A DNA stretch of 64,000 nt from an uncultured delta proteobacterium (GTDB lineage Bacteria > Myxococcota_A > Polyangia > Fen-1088). Below the pieces are notes generated by a model. It had not been told where the DNA came from, ran no database searches, and saw only the letters and a program-made list of their open reading frames with translations. This document shows positions 24,021-34,015 of the stretch, piece after piece (position 1 is the first letter of the stretch; each line of letters begins with the position of its first letter). The DNA lies in the NCBI GenBank assembly GCA_963737265.1, contig CAVTRY010000013.1:515544-579543 (forward strand), in the 5' to 3' direction. The translations under genes and the position numbers were made by a program.

Positions 24021-25490
24021 ATGCAACGGATCTACGATACCCGCGAAGGCAAGAAGGTCGAGCTCGTACTGCGCGAGCCCGGCAAGGTTGGCATGTACGC
24101 TTGCGGCGTCACGGTCTACGACCTCTGCCACGTGGGCCATGCGCGCACGCTGGTGGCCTACGACATTGTCGTGCGCCACCTGCGCCAGCGCGGCTTGCAA
24201 GTCCGCCTGGTCCGCAACATCACCGATGTGGACGACAAGATCATCCGCAAGGGCCACGCCGAGGGGCGAACCGCCGCCGAGGTGGCGACGTTCTACGCCG
24301 AAGCCATGGCCGCCGATCTGGCCGCGCTTGGCGTTGCCCCGCCCGACGTCGAGCCGCGCGTCACCCTGCATATCGCCGAGGTCATCGAGATTGTGAAGCG
24401 GCTGGAAGAACGCGGCCTGGCCTACGTGGCTGAAGGCGACGTGTACTACTCGGTGGCAGGATTTCCTGGCTACGGCCAGCTTTCGGGCCAAAGCATCGAC
24501 GATCTACAGGCCGGCGCGCGCATCGAGGTGGGCGAGCACAAGCGAAGTCCGCTCGATTTCGCGCTGTGGAAGGCGGCCAAGCCGGGCGAGCCATCGTGGC
24601 CGAGCCCATGGGGGCCTGGGCGTCCGGGCTGGCACATCGAGTGCTCCGCCATGTCCCACCGCTATCTCGGCGATTCCTTCGATATTCACCTCGGTGGTTC
24701 GGATTTGATCTTTCCCCATCACGAAAACGAAATCGCCCAGTCGGAGGGCGCCTACGGCTCGTTCGCGCGCTACTGGATGCATTCGGGAATGGTCAACTTC
24801 GGCGGCGAGAAGATGTCGAAGTCGCTCGGCAACGTGGTGACCATTCGCCGCGTGGCCGAGACGCACGACCTCGAAGCGCTGCGCCTGTTGCTCATCAGCG
24901 TGCACTACCGCAGCCCGGTCAATTTCACCATTACCCGCGACAGCGACGGCCAGGCCGTGTATCCCGATCTGGACGAGGCCGAAGCGCGGCTCGACTATTT
25001 CTACCGGACGCTCGAGCGCATGGACGGGTTTCTGGCGCCGTCGAGTGCGCCATTCGCGAATCCGCCAGCCTCGGACTTGGCCACCAAGGTCGCCGAGGCC
25101 ATGGACGACGACTTCAATACCGCCGCCGCCATCGGCCATCTTTACGACGCCTTCGTGCTGGCCAACAAATTGCTCGACGATGTCAAGGCCATGCCCAAGC
25201 CCGCGCGTCAGCAAACCCTCGCCGCCATCGCCCGGGACGCGCGCACCGTGGGCGCCACGCTTGGAATCATGCGACGAGCGCCAGCGGAGTTCCTGCTGGC
25301 CAGGAGCGATCGCCTGTGCCTGCGGCGCAAGATCGATCGGGCCCTAGTGGACGCGCAGATCGCCGCGCGCACCGCTGCTCGGGCGGCCAAGGACTTCAAA
25401 CGCGCCGACGAGATCCGCGCCGGGCTCAAAGCATCCAGCGTCGAGCTGATGGACACACCCACGGGCACGACCTGGCGGGTGGCCGGGTAG
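24021..25490 (+). CDS. cysS: Cysteine--tRNA ligase
   Basis: CGVTVYDLCHVGHAR, DFALWK, GRPGWHIECSAM, FPHHENE, KMSKS. Confidence 0.98.
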   Translation: MQRIYDTREGKKVELVLREPGKVGMYACGVTVYDLCHVGHARTLVAYDIVVRHLRQRGLQVRLVRNITDVDDKIIRKGHAEGRTAAEVATFYAEAMAADLAALGVAPPDVEPRVTLHIAEVIEIVKRLEERGLAYVAEGDVYYSVAGFPGYGQLSGQSIDDLQAGARIEVGEHKRSPLDFALWKAAKPGEPSWPSPWGPGRPGWHIECSAMSHRYLGDSFDIHLGGSDLIFPHHENEIAQSEGAYGSFARYWMHSGMVNFGGEKMSKSLGNVVTIRRVAETHDLEALRLLLISVHYRSPVNFTITRDSDGQAVYPDLDEAEARLDYFYRTLERMDGFLAPSSAPFANPPASDLATKVAEAMDDDFNTAAAIGHLYDAFVLANKLLDDVKAMPKPARQQTLAAIARDARTVGATLGIMRRAPAEFLLARSDRLCLRRKIDRALVDAQIAARTAARAAKDFKRADEIRAGLKASSVELMDTPTGTTWRVAG

Positions 25491-25532
25491 TAGAATTTTC
25501 CAGGGGCGATTCGCGGTGGAGGTCGACGGCGC

Positions 25533-26408
25533 GTGATCGGTGTTTTCGATTCCGGTTTCGGCGGGCTCACGGTGCTGAGGTCGCTGGTGGCGCGCCTGCC
25601 GCACTACGATTACTTCTACCTCGGCGACAGCGCCCGCGCGCCCTATGGCAGCCGTAGCTTGGAAGTCGTGCACAGCTTTACCCGCGAAGCGGTCGAGTTT
25701 CTCTTCGACGCCGGCTGCCCGCTGGTGGTGCTGGCGTGCAATACCGCCTCGGCGCAGGCGCTGCGCACGCTGCAACAGCGCCACCTGCCCGCCCATCGTC
25801 CCGATCGCCGCATTCTCGGCGTGGTTCGGCCGTCGGCGGAAGCCCTGGCCGGCCTGCCACCCGGCGCGATTCCCGGCGTGACCCAGCCCTCGCTCGCGAC
25901 GGGAACGGTGGCGGTGCTGGGAACGACGGGCACGGTCGCATCCGGCTCCTACGCGCTTGAGCTAGCCAAGCTCGCCCCGCGCCTGCGACTTATCCAGCAG
26001 GCGTGCCCGCTGTGGGTGCCGCTGGTCGAGGCCGGCGAAACTTCGGGCGCTGGCGTCGAGCATTTCCTGCACAAATACCTCGATCCACTCTTCGCCCGCC
26101 CCGAAGCGCCGTCACGCATTCTTCTCGGCTGCACCCACTATTCGCTCTTGGCGGCGGGCATCGCCGCGATCGTTCCGGCTCGGGTCGAGGTGCTTGACCA
26201 GGGCGACCTGGTGGCCGAGCGCTTGGACGACTGGTTGCTCCGCCATCCCGAGATGGAGCAGCGCCTTTCCCGCGCGGGCACGCGACGCTACGCCACCACC
26301 GACGATCCCGCCTGGTTCGCAGCGCAAGGCGAACCCATCCTGCGCACACGAATCGCGGTGGAAAAGGTGCACCTGTCGCCGTGGCGGGAAGCGCCGAGAC
26401 ACCCGTAA
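25533..26408 (+). CDS. murI: Glutamate racemase
   Basis: IGVFDSGFGGLTV, PYG, ACNTASA, LGCTHY. Confidence 0.96.
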   Translation: MIGVFDSGFGGLTVLRSLVARLPHYDYFYLGDSARAPYGSRSLEVVHSFTREAVEFLFDAGCPLVVLACNTASAQALRTLQQRHLPAHRPDRRILGVVRPSAEALAGLPPGAIPGVTQPSLATGTVAVLGTTGTVASGSYALELAKLAPRLRLIQQACPLWVPLVEAGETSGAGVEHFLHKYLDPLFARPEAPSRILLGCTHYSLLAAGIAAIVPARVEVLDQGDLVAERLDDWLLRHPEMEQRLSRAGTRRYATTDDPAWFAAQGEPILRTRIAVEKVHLSPWREAPRHP

Positions 26409-26414
26409 CTACGG

Positions 26415-27485
26415 CTAGCAGGCTGGGCAGCGCGGCCGCCCCTGGGCCGACGGAGCACAAGCCTCGCATAGCATGTGGAGACGGTCGTCGCAGAAGACCG
26501 GTCGCAAGGTGGTTTGCGCGCAGCTCGCGCACGGCAGACGGTCGAGCTGGCGCGTGTCCGCCGGGATCTGCAGCACCAAATTGCCCGCGACCTTGCGGCG
26601 ACGGATGCGCAGGGTCACGCGCGCGACGGCCGCGGTGGCGCGCACGATGGCCGCCGGGGCCAAGACCACCCGTAAGGCATAGCGAGTCTCTAGATCGGCC
26701 AGCATTCGCGCGCGCTCGGCGTGCAGGTGATCGATGCGCGCTTGTCGGACTTCGGTGGCAACTATCCGGCGCGATGCCTGCGTGTCCGCAACGAGCGAAT
26801 CGAAATACTCGCCAATGCGCTCCCGATCCCGGTCGCGGCGCCGATGCACCGACGCGCGAAAGCCGGCCACTACCGAAGCTGCCCGCGCCTGTGCCCGCGC
26901 GATGATGGCACTCGGAACATGGGGAGCGGTGGGAACGCCGTCGAGCGGCGTGTCCGCGGACAACAGGCGACCGGCGCCGTATCCTGGATCGAGGAAGTCG
27001 GCGAATCCAGTTTCCGGCTCGGCCGCCGTGACAGCGTCGGCGACGATGCGCAAGACCGTCTCGAAACGATCGTCGGCCTCGGCCGTGACTGTGAAAAATG
27101 CCGCAAGGTAGGTCGCCTGGCCGCGCGCCACTCCGACGACGTCCACGACCGCGTTGCGCGGGACAAAGTATGCCAGCGCCGCGGAGCAGGCCGCGTCGCC
27201 GGGGGCCTGACCCGCGACCTTCGCCTCGGCGATGGGCACCTGGGTGCGCAGCTGCCCGAGCACGGTGTCGAGGAGCGGGCTACCGAATCCACACGCGGTC
27301 TCACCCGGCGACGCTGGCACATCGGCAAGTCTAACCTCCTCGCCGATCCCGAGCGTTGCTGCCAGAGCCGCCGGCGCCAACGCCAAGCCCCGATCGGGTC
27401 CACCTTCTACAAGCGCGCCTTGGCTGGCCAGGTACTCCGCCAACAGCTCGAACGGCGTGACCAAGGTGGCCGACGACGCAGTCAT
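26415..27485 (-). CDS. Hypothetical protein with C-terminal Cys cluster; partner of the SNF2 helicase (YqhG-like)
   Basis: ATGA overlap with the helicase stop; CASC...C...HMLCEAC...CPAC. Confidence 0.65.
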   Translation of the reverse strand: MTASSATLVTPFELLAEYLASQGALVEGGPDRGLALAPAALAATLGIGEEVRLADVPASPGETACGFGSPLLDTVLGQLRTQVPIAEAKVAGQAPGDAACSAALAYFVPRNAVVDVVGVARGQATYLAAFFTVTAEADDRFETVLRIVADAVTAAEPETGFADFLDPGYGAGRLLSADTPLDGVPTAPHVPSAIIARAQARAASVVAGFRASVHRRRDRDRERIGEYFDSLVADTQASRRIVATEVRQARIDHLHAERARMLADLETRYALRVVLAPAAIVRATAAVARVTLRIRRRKVAGNLVLQIPADTRQLDRLPCASCAQTTLRPVFCDDRLHMLCEACAPSAQGRPRCPAC

Positions 27486-29339
27486 TGGGCGAAGTCCTTG
27501 CCGAAAAGTGCCTCGTCGAGCGCCTTAACGTGCTCATGGTGGCCGCGGGCGGTAAGCAATTGGGCTTCCAATTCGGCGAAACCGCGACCCACGTCCTCCT
27601 CGGTATTCGCTCCGGCGTAGATCGACAGAACCCGTTCTTCCAGATCCCGTTCGTCGGTGAGGTTGCCGAGAACCATGTCCATCTCGCCGACCACCAACTC
27701 GAACAGTTGCAGGCGATCGTGGAGAACCGCCAAAACCCGCTCTTCGATGGTGCCACGCGCGCACAGATTGCGAACGGTGACTGCACCCTCCTGGCCGTAG
27801 CGATGCAAGCGACCGATGCGTTGCTCGATCACCATGGGATTCCAGGGCAAGTCGAAATTCACGAGCGAACGGCAGAACTGCAGATTGAGGCCCTCGGCGC
27901 CCACATCGGTCGCAAGGAGAAGCGCGCCATCGGCCTTGAACCTATCGAGTGCCGCCTGCTTCTCGGCGAGCGCGAGCCCGCCGTGCAGCACGGTCGCATC
28001 GAGTCCGAACAGCGCGATTTCGTGGGCGATGTGGTCGAGGGTGGCGCGGTAGCGGGAGAACACTAAGGTCTTGCCCGGCTGCGTGCGCAAGATATCGAGC
28101 AATACCGCGGTTTTGCGCGTGCTGAGGATGCGGACGGCGTCGCGCCCGAGGGCGAGCAGGCGCGAATCGATTGCGGCCTCGTCTTCATCCCGATCGCGCC
28201 GCTTCACCTCCATGCGTTCGATGGTCGCGGCCACCGCCTGGGGGCTGGAGCCCGCCTCAAGCAGTAGGGTCGTCGCCGCTAAGCGTGCCCCCGGCACGTC
28301 TGCGCTCTCGCGAAACAGGGCAAGCGCGCGCTCGTAGAGCGCCCGCTCTTCGGGCGATGGCTCGAACGAGCACCGTGGAGACGAAACGCGGCGGGAGCTT
28401 GAGCCCGCACTGAGCGCGAGTGTTGCGGACCATGACCTCGCCAAGCAGCGAGCGGAGCCGCTCGCGATTTTTGGGCGAGGTGGGATTGGCCGGATCGACG
28501 AAGGCGGCGCGGAAGGCAGCCGGGGTGGCGAACTGACCGGGCCGCAAGAGCGTGACGATTTGGTACAGCTCCTCGAGCTCGTTCTCGATTGGCGTCGCGG
28601 TCAGCAAGAGGAGGAAGCGGCTCTTGATGCCGTTCACAAGGCGAAAACCGGCCGAGCCGCGGCTCTTGACCCTGTGGGCTTCGTCGACAATGACTAGATC
28701 CCACGGCGTAGCCTGCACCGCCGCCATGTGGCGCGCGCTGCGTGCCAACGCCACCGAGGCCACCACCACGCCGTCGCCCTGCCAGAAGTCATCGCCCAGC
28801 AAACGCAACTGACGATCGGCGGTGTGGCGGACCACGAGGCCCGCCTTGGCACCCAACTCCTCGACCCACTGCCCGAGCAACGTCGGCGGCACGAGAATGA
28901 GCGCACGGCGCACCATGCCCCGCAGTTGGTACTCGCGCAGCACCATGATCGCTTCGATAGTTTTGCCGAGCCCGACCTCGTCTGCCAGCAAGCCACGGCC
29001 GCGAAATACCTTGAGCACGCGACGAACCGTTTCGGCCTGGTAGGGCAAGGCGTCCACGCCGACCAAAGTGGCCGGGGAAAGCAGCTCCGAAAAGCTGCTG
29101 GCCGCCGCCAGAGCGTGCGCGCGCAGCACGCGCGCCACCGCGGCGAGACTCACCGGCTGCGAAATCGCCGCCGCTGTGAAGCTTTCCAAGGCCGGCCCCT
29201 CGACCAGGAGGGCTGGGGCGTTTGTATGACCCGGCGTCACGGCTACGATCCGTAGCACGCCAGCTAGTTCCGATCCACACAAGCACGGCACCACACTCTG
29301 CACCACCGCTGCCAGTCCCCCGACGAGCACTACCTTCAC
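27482..29339 (-). CDS. SNF2-family helicase (YqhH-like); frameshift near 28370
   Basis: LLADEVGLGKT, DEAH, LLLTATP; second frame has GAEGLNLQ, DLPWNPMVIEQRIGRLHRYGQ. Confidence 0.9.
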
Positions 29340-29611
29340 GTTGGCGGTCAGCAGGCCCTTTAGCGTCAGCAGGCCGCGTCAGCGGGCTTACGGCGCGCGG
29401 TGAAGAAAGGATAGCGAACAGCGAATAGGCCGATAGCTGCGGCGGCAACTTGGAGGCTCAAATGGCGATTTGATGCCTCCAGTGCCCAGGCAGGCGGCGG
29501 CCAATTTCTCGAATCCGCGTTTTAGGGTGTCACATAACTGTTGCGGAGGGCGAAGCAAACACGTCAGCATGCACCGGCTTCGCCAAGTGCGTTCCATCGA
29601 GAAGGATAACG

Positions 29612-32044
29612 ATGTCACACTGCCCGGACTGCTTTTTTCCCCATTTCGCGCTCACGCTCGGTGTCGGCCTGCTGCTGCTCGGCTGCCGGACGGTCGACAA
29701 TTCGCCGGGCGGCGCAGGGGCAAGCGCTGGAAGCACAGCCAGCGGAAACGGCGGTTCGGGCACGGGCGGCGGCGGATCGACGAAGACCGGCGGAACCAGC
29801 ACTGGCAATGGCGGCAACACCGGCAATGGCGGCAATGGCGGCCAGCCGGGCGCAGATGCCGGCACACCGACCGATGCCGCCGTTCCGAGTCCGCTTGCCA
29901 TCAACAACGTCATGACTTGCGACACCCCGCCGCTGGCGGTGCCCACCCAGCACATCGAAGCGGAATGTGCTTTTGGCCCGACGACCGGACAGTGCAAGGG
30001 CACGACGGGCGGACAGCAGGGCACGCAGACCGAGAACAACGGCACCGACGTCGGGTTCATCGAGGGCGGCGACTCGCTCTGGTACGCGGGCGTGGTGATG
30101 GACGGCATCAACACGCTGACGCTTCGCTATGCCAAGGGCGTCGACGGCGGCACCGTCGAGGTCCACCTGGACAGCGCCACCGGCCAGTTGTTGGGGACGT
30201 TCACCCCGGTTTCCACCGGGTCGTGGACCACCTGGCAAAACGGAACGGTCGTGCTCAGCGCAGCGACAGGCACGCACACGCTCTACCTCGTCGCGGCCGG
30301 CTCCACGGGTGGCATTCTCAACTTGGACTGGATCGAACTCTCCGCCTCGTCGTCATCGGGAACGAGCGCCGCCGCGCCGCTGTTCCACATGAACCACTTG
30401 GGCTTCGACACTATGGGCGCCAAACACGTCGTGGTCGAAGGCGCCGCGGGGCTCGACCGTTTCTACGTCGTGGCGCCCGATCATACGGCAGTCTGGTGCG
30501 GATCGCTCACCAGCGTCGCCTTCAGCGCCTGGGGCAGCAACAATTCCTTCTATGCCGTCGACTTCACCCCGCTGACCCGCGCGGGAAGCTACCGGCTGCA
30601 AATCGGCAATGCACTATCGGACCAATTTAATATTAGCGACAGCAATCTCTTCACGGCGACCTTCGTCAATGTCCTCGGCTACTTCAAATCCTCGCGCGCC
30701 GACGACCCCGATGTTTGGGCTGCCGACGCCAGCGTGCCCTTCTTCGGCAGCAGCGCGCGCGCGAACGTGCAGGGCGGCTGGTACGACGCCGCGGGCGACA
30801 TCTCGAAGTACCTCAGCCACCTGAGCTACGCCAACTTCATGAACCCGCAGCAGATCCCGCTTGTGGCGTGGGCGCTGGCCTGGGTCTACGATCAAGGCAG
30901 CACAGCGCTCGCGGCGAGTGGCGGGGCGGCAGCGTTGCAGGCCGAGGCGCTGTGGGGCGCGGACTATCTGCTGCGCGTGCTCGATCCAGCGGGCTACTTC
31001 TACATCAACGTCTTCGATGGCTGGTCGGGGAACGTCGGCGCGCGCACGATTTGTGCTTTCGTGGGCCAATACGGCTCTGAAACCGCGGACTACCAGTCGG
31101 CGATGCGCGAGGGCGGCGGCATGAGCATCGCTGCCCTGGCGCGCGCGGCCCGCTGGAAGGTCGACGGCAGCTTCACCAGCGCGCAGTACCTGGCCGGCGC
31201 CAAGAGCGCGTTCGACTACCTCAACACCAATGGCGTCAAGTACTGCGACGACGGCAAGGAAAACGTCATCGACGACTACACCGGATTGCTCGCGGCCAGC
31301 GAGCTCTACGCCACCACGCAGGACGCGACCTACCTTCAGGCGGCGCGCGGCCGTGCCACGTCGCTGATTGGACGCTTGGGCGCGGACGGCTACTTCATCG
31401 CCGACGGCGCGACTCGCCCGTTCTGGCACGCGTCCGACGCCGGGCTGCCCGTCGTAGCGCTCGCCCGCTACGTGCAGGTCGAAACCGACGCGAGCAAGCG
31501 CAGCCAGGCCAAGCAGGCAATCCAGACTCATTTGAGCTACCTACTCACCGTCACCAGCGCCGTCGCCAATCCCTTCGGCTACGCCAGGCAACACACCGCC
31601 GCGGGCACCGCCGGCTTCTTCATTCCGCACATCAATGAAACGGGCTACTGGTGGCAGGGTGAGAACGCGCGCCTCGCCTCGCTGGCCGCCGCGGCACTGC
31701 TGGGGGCGAAGGCACTGGGAACGACGGGAACCCAATACCTCGACATCCTGCGCTTCGCCGGCAACCAAATCGACTGGATTCTTGGCAACAACCCCTACGA
31801 CATTTGCTTCCTGAACGGTTCGGGCAAAAACAACCCGCCGCCCTACTGCGCTTCCAAGCCACAGGCCGGAACGCTGGTCGGCGGGATCTCAAACGGCATC
31901 ACCGGCGCCAACGACGACGGTAGCGGCATCCAGTGGAACGGGCTCACGCCCTATAGCACCTGCGGCGACGACTGGCGCTCGGTCGAGCAGTGGATCCCAC
32001 ACGCCGCCTGGTTCATGGTCGCGACGGCCGCGCTGGCGCAATAG
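29612..32044 (+). CDS. Lipoprotein with CBM6-like, Ig-like and GH9 glycoside hydrolase domains
   Basis: LLGC lipobox, Gly linker, HIEAE...TGSWTTW...NLDWIE, GGWYDAAGDISKYLSHLSYANFMNPQQ, WWQGENARLASL, EQWIPHAAW. Confidence 0.88.
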   Translation: MSHCPDCFFPHFALTLGVGLLLLGCRTVDNSPGGAGASAGSTASGNGGSGTGGGGSTKTGGTSTGNGGNTGNGGNGGQPGADAGTPTDAAVPSPLAINNVMTCDTPPLAVPTQHIEAECAFGPTTGQCKGTTGGQQGTQTENNGTDVGFIEGGDSLWYAGVVMDGINTLTLRYAKGVDGGTVEVHLDSATGQLLGTFTPVSTGSWTTWQNGTVVLSAATGTHTLYLVAAGSTGGILNLDWIELSASSSSGTSAAAPLFHMNHLGFDTMGAKHVVVEGAAGLDRFYVVAPDHTAVWCGSLTSVAFSAWGSNNSFYAVDFTPLTRAGSYRLQIGNALSDQFNISDSNLFTATFVNVLGYFKSSRADDPDVWAADASVPFFGSSARANVQGGWYDAAGDISKYLSHLSYANFMNPQQIPLVAWALAWVYDQGSTALAASGGAAALQAEALWGADYLLRVLDPAGYFYINVFDGWSGNVGARTICAFVGQYGSETADYQSAMREGGGMSIAALARAARWKVDGSFTSAQYLAGAKSAFDYLNTNGVKYCDDGKENVIDDYTGLLAASELYATTQDATYLQAARGRATSLIGRLGADGYFIADGATRPFWHASDAGLPVVALARYVQVETDASKRSQAKQAIQTHLSYLLTVTSAVANPFGYARQHTAAGTAGFFIPHINETGYWWQGENARLASLAAAALLGAKALGTTGTQYLDILRFAGNQIDWILGNNPYDICFLNGSGKNNPPPYCASKPQAGTLVGGISNGITGANDDGSGIQWNGLTPYSTCGDDWRSVEQWIPHAAWFMVATAALAQ

Positions 32045-32208
32045 CGGCGCGCCGCTGTCAATCGTCGCCATGCGGGGGACCGTGAAAACGCAGGCGGCTC
32101 ACGAGCACCATCAGCGCGAGAAACATGGGTGCCTCCCTGAAACGGGGGCCCCAGCCGGGGGCTCGGTGAGGTAGCAACTTCTGGCGGAGTGCCGCCGAAA
32201 ACGCAGAT

Positions 32209-32612
32209 ATGGAACAGCGAGGAACGGAGAAACAGAGACAGGATGACTTTACTGGGCAAATTATCGCCGCCTGCATCGAAGTCCACCGTCACCTCGGTCC
32301 CGGGCTGCTTGAGTCGGCCTACGAGCACTGCCTGGCGCGCGAGCTAGGCCTGCGTGGATTTCGCACGCAACGTCAGGTCGCGATTCCTCTGCAGTACAAA
32401 GGCATTGACCTCGACTGCGGCTATCGCCTCGACCTCATGGTGGAAGGCCGTTTGGTCGTCGAAGTCAAGGCGGTAGAGCAGTTGCTTCCTGTCCACTTGG
32501 CACAGTCATTACCTATCTCAAGCTCCTACGACTGCCGGTGGGCCTGCTCGTCAATTTCCACGTCCCCGTACTTCGCGAGGGTCTCCGCAGGGCCAACGCA
32601 TCTAAATTGTAA
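32209..32612 (+). pseudogene. GxxExxY protein; frameshifted, with the 3' end interrupted by a MITE
   Basis: LGPGLLESAYE, RLDLMVE, VEVKA; YLKL...GLLVNF in a shifted frame. Confidence 0.85.
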
Positions 32613-32776
32613 GTGATCTTGCGGAGATGCCGATAGTTATGCCGGTCTCCGCGCCCGTGCGCGCTGCCGAACCTGCCTGCACACCGGCGCGCGCACCGAC
32701 CCCAGGGGAAAACCTTCCAGAAATGGCCGAGACTCTGATGGATCCTGCGTCGATGTAGGATGATGCGATGGCCCTG
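32588..32776 (-). mobile_element. 189-bp ISAs1-derived MITE
   Basis: TIRs CAGGGCCAACGCATC / CAGGGCCATCGCATC; 10-bp TSD AGGGTCTCCG at 32578-32587 and 32777-32786; encodes ISAs1-like tail YNLDALAL. Confidence 0.8.
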
Positions 32777-32897
32777 AGGGTCTCCGCCGCCTCTCAACCC
32801 AACCCGTGATCCCTCTGGTCCTCCGTTCCTCCCTGTTTTTCCCTCCGATCCCACCTGCGCGGGGCGAGGTGAAGCCCCAGCCCCCATTTCAGGGAAG

Positions 32898-33217
32898 CAC
32901 CCGAGAAACATCGGCACCTCGACGTGGCTGTAGTATTTCGGGAACGAGCCGACCCAGGCGGTGCTCCAGATGACCACCGAGCGTACGTGGATCGGAATGC
33001 TCAGGGTGATCAGCACCAGCGCGAAGCCATAGACGACACGCATCCACGGATTGCCGGTGAAGCGCTTCCACGACATCCAGCCCGACACCGACGCGATGAT
33101 CATGAGCATCGCGAATACCACCTCCACACGAGGGGAAAACACGTCACGCAGGAAGCGCTGCGGCCCGAGGATGATGTTGAGCGAGTGCAGCACCGCGCCC
33201 AGCAGAAACGTCAACAT
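32898..33217 (-). pseudogene. Fragment of a multi-pass membrane protein
   Basis: Three or four hydrophobic helices with no native-looking end. Confidence 0.5.
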
Positions 33218-33244
33218 GGCCACTGCCGCGGGCTTACGCGTGCA

Positions 33245-33410
33245 GGTGCGGCGCCAAGGTGTAGCAGCCCTCGGCCATGAAGCGGACGCCGCAAAACACG
33301 ACCAGGTTTGCGTCGACGTCGCGCGCACGCACCGCCAGTTCGAAGGAATCGCCCACGGTATCGGCGATGGCTTGCACCTCGGGTACTTGGTAGTTGTGCG
33401 CGCGAAGGGT
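33245..33410 (-). pseudogene. nadA: Quinolinate synthase N-terminal fragment
   Basis: [23 protein letters not shown]...[10 protein letters not shown]. Confidence 0.8.
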
Positions 33411-33596
33411 GGTCGTGGCCGTAGACGTGGGATCGTGGCCGTGGCCGGACATTTTGGACGTGCAGAACGCCAGATGTTAGTGCCTGCCGCCGTCGACTGG
33501 CGAATCGAGGACGCACGTCTGTCCTGCTGGCTGATGGCTGCGGACGGAGCAAGTCACTCGGCCACGGCCACGGCCACGACCACGGCTTCGCGAGCG

Positions 33597-33930
33597 CTAG
33601 CGTTTGGCGTGCTGGCTTGAAGCCGCGCGCGCTCTCGCCTGGGCCGCTCGGCGCAACTCCTTGCCGGTGGGGCCCTTTCCCAGTTTGTCGCGCGCATCCT
33701 CGCCGTGGCCAGGGCCAAGCACGTCGCGCAGATAGGCCGTGTAGTTGAAGGTATCGGAGTGCTTTTCGTTGTGGCAGTGAAGGCAAATCGATTCGGGCGT
33801 CTTGCTGCGCCCGGCGAACGGCGACTCCTTGCCGCGCTTGTCAACGTGGATGGAACCGGGTCCGTGGCAAACTCGCACTGGACGTCCTCGAGTCCCTGGG
33901 TGTAGCCGAGGCTCGAACCGCCCACCTCGC
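33597..33930 (-). pseudogene. Multiheme cytochrome c (c554-like) C-terminal fragment
   Basis: VQCE(x)CHGPGSIHV across a frameshift, and CLHCH. Confidence 0.7.
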
Positions 33931-34015
33931 TCCTCTTCGATGGCAAACAGCAGGTGGCACAGCACCGTTGGTGCTCCAAGCAACTTCCGTGACCCGCTGA
34001 CCGACATCCTCCTTC

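Noticed and set aside
33236-33241. ACGCGT near the nadA fragment junction as an ISCR-like end
   Set aside because: Only CTTACGCGT matches; the rest of the conserved terminus is absent, and the hexamer is common in GC-rich DNA.
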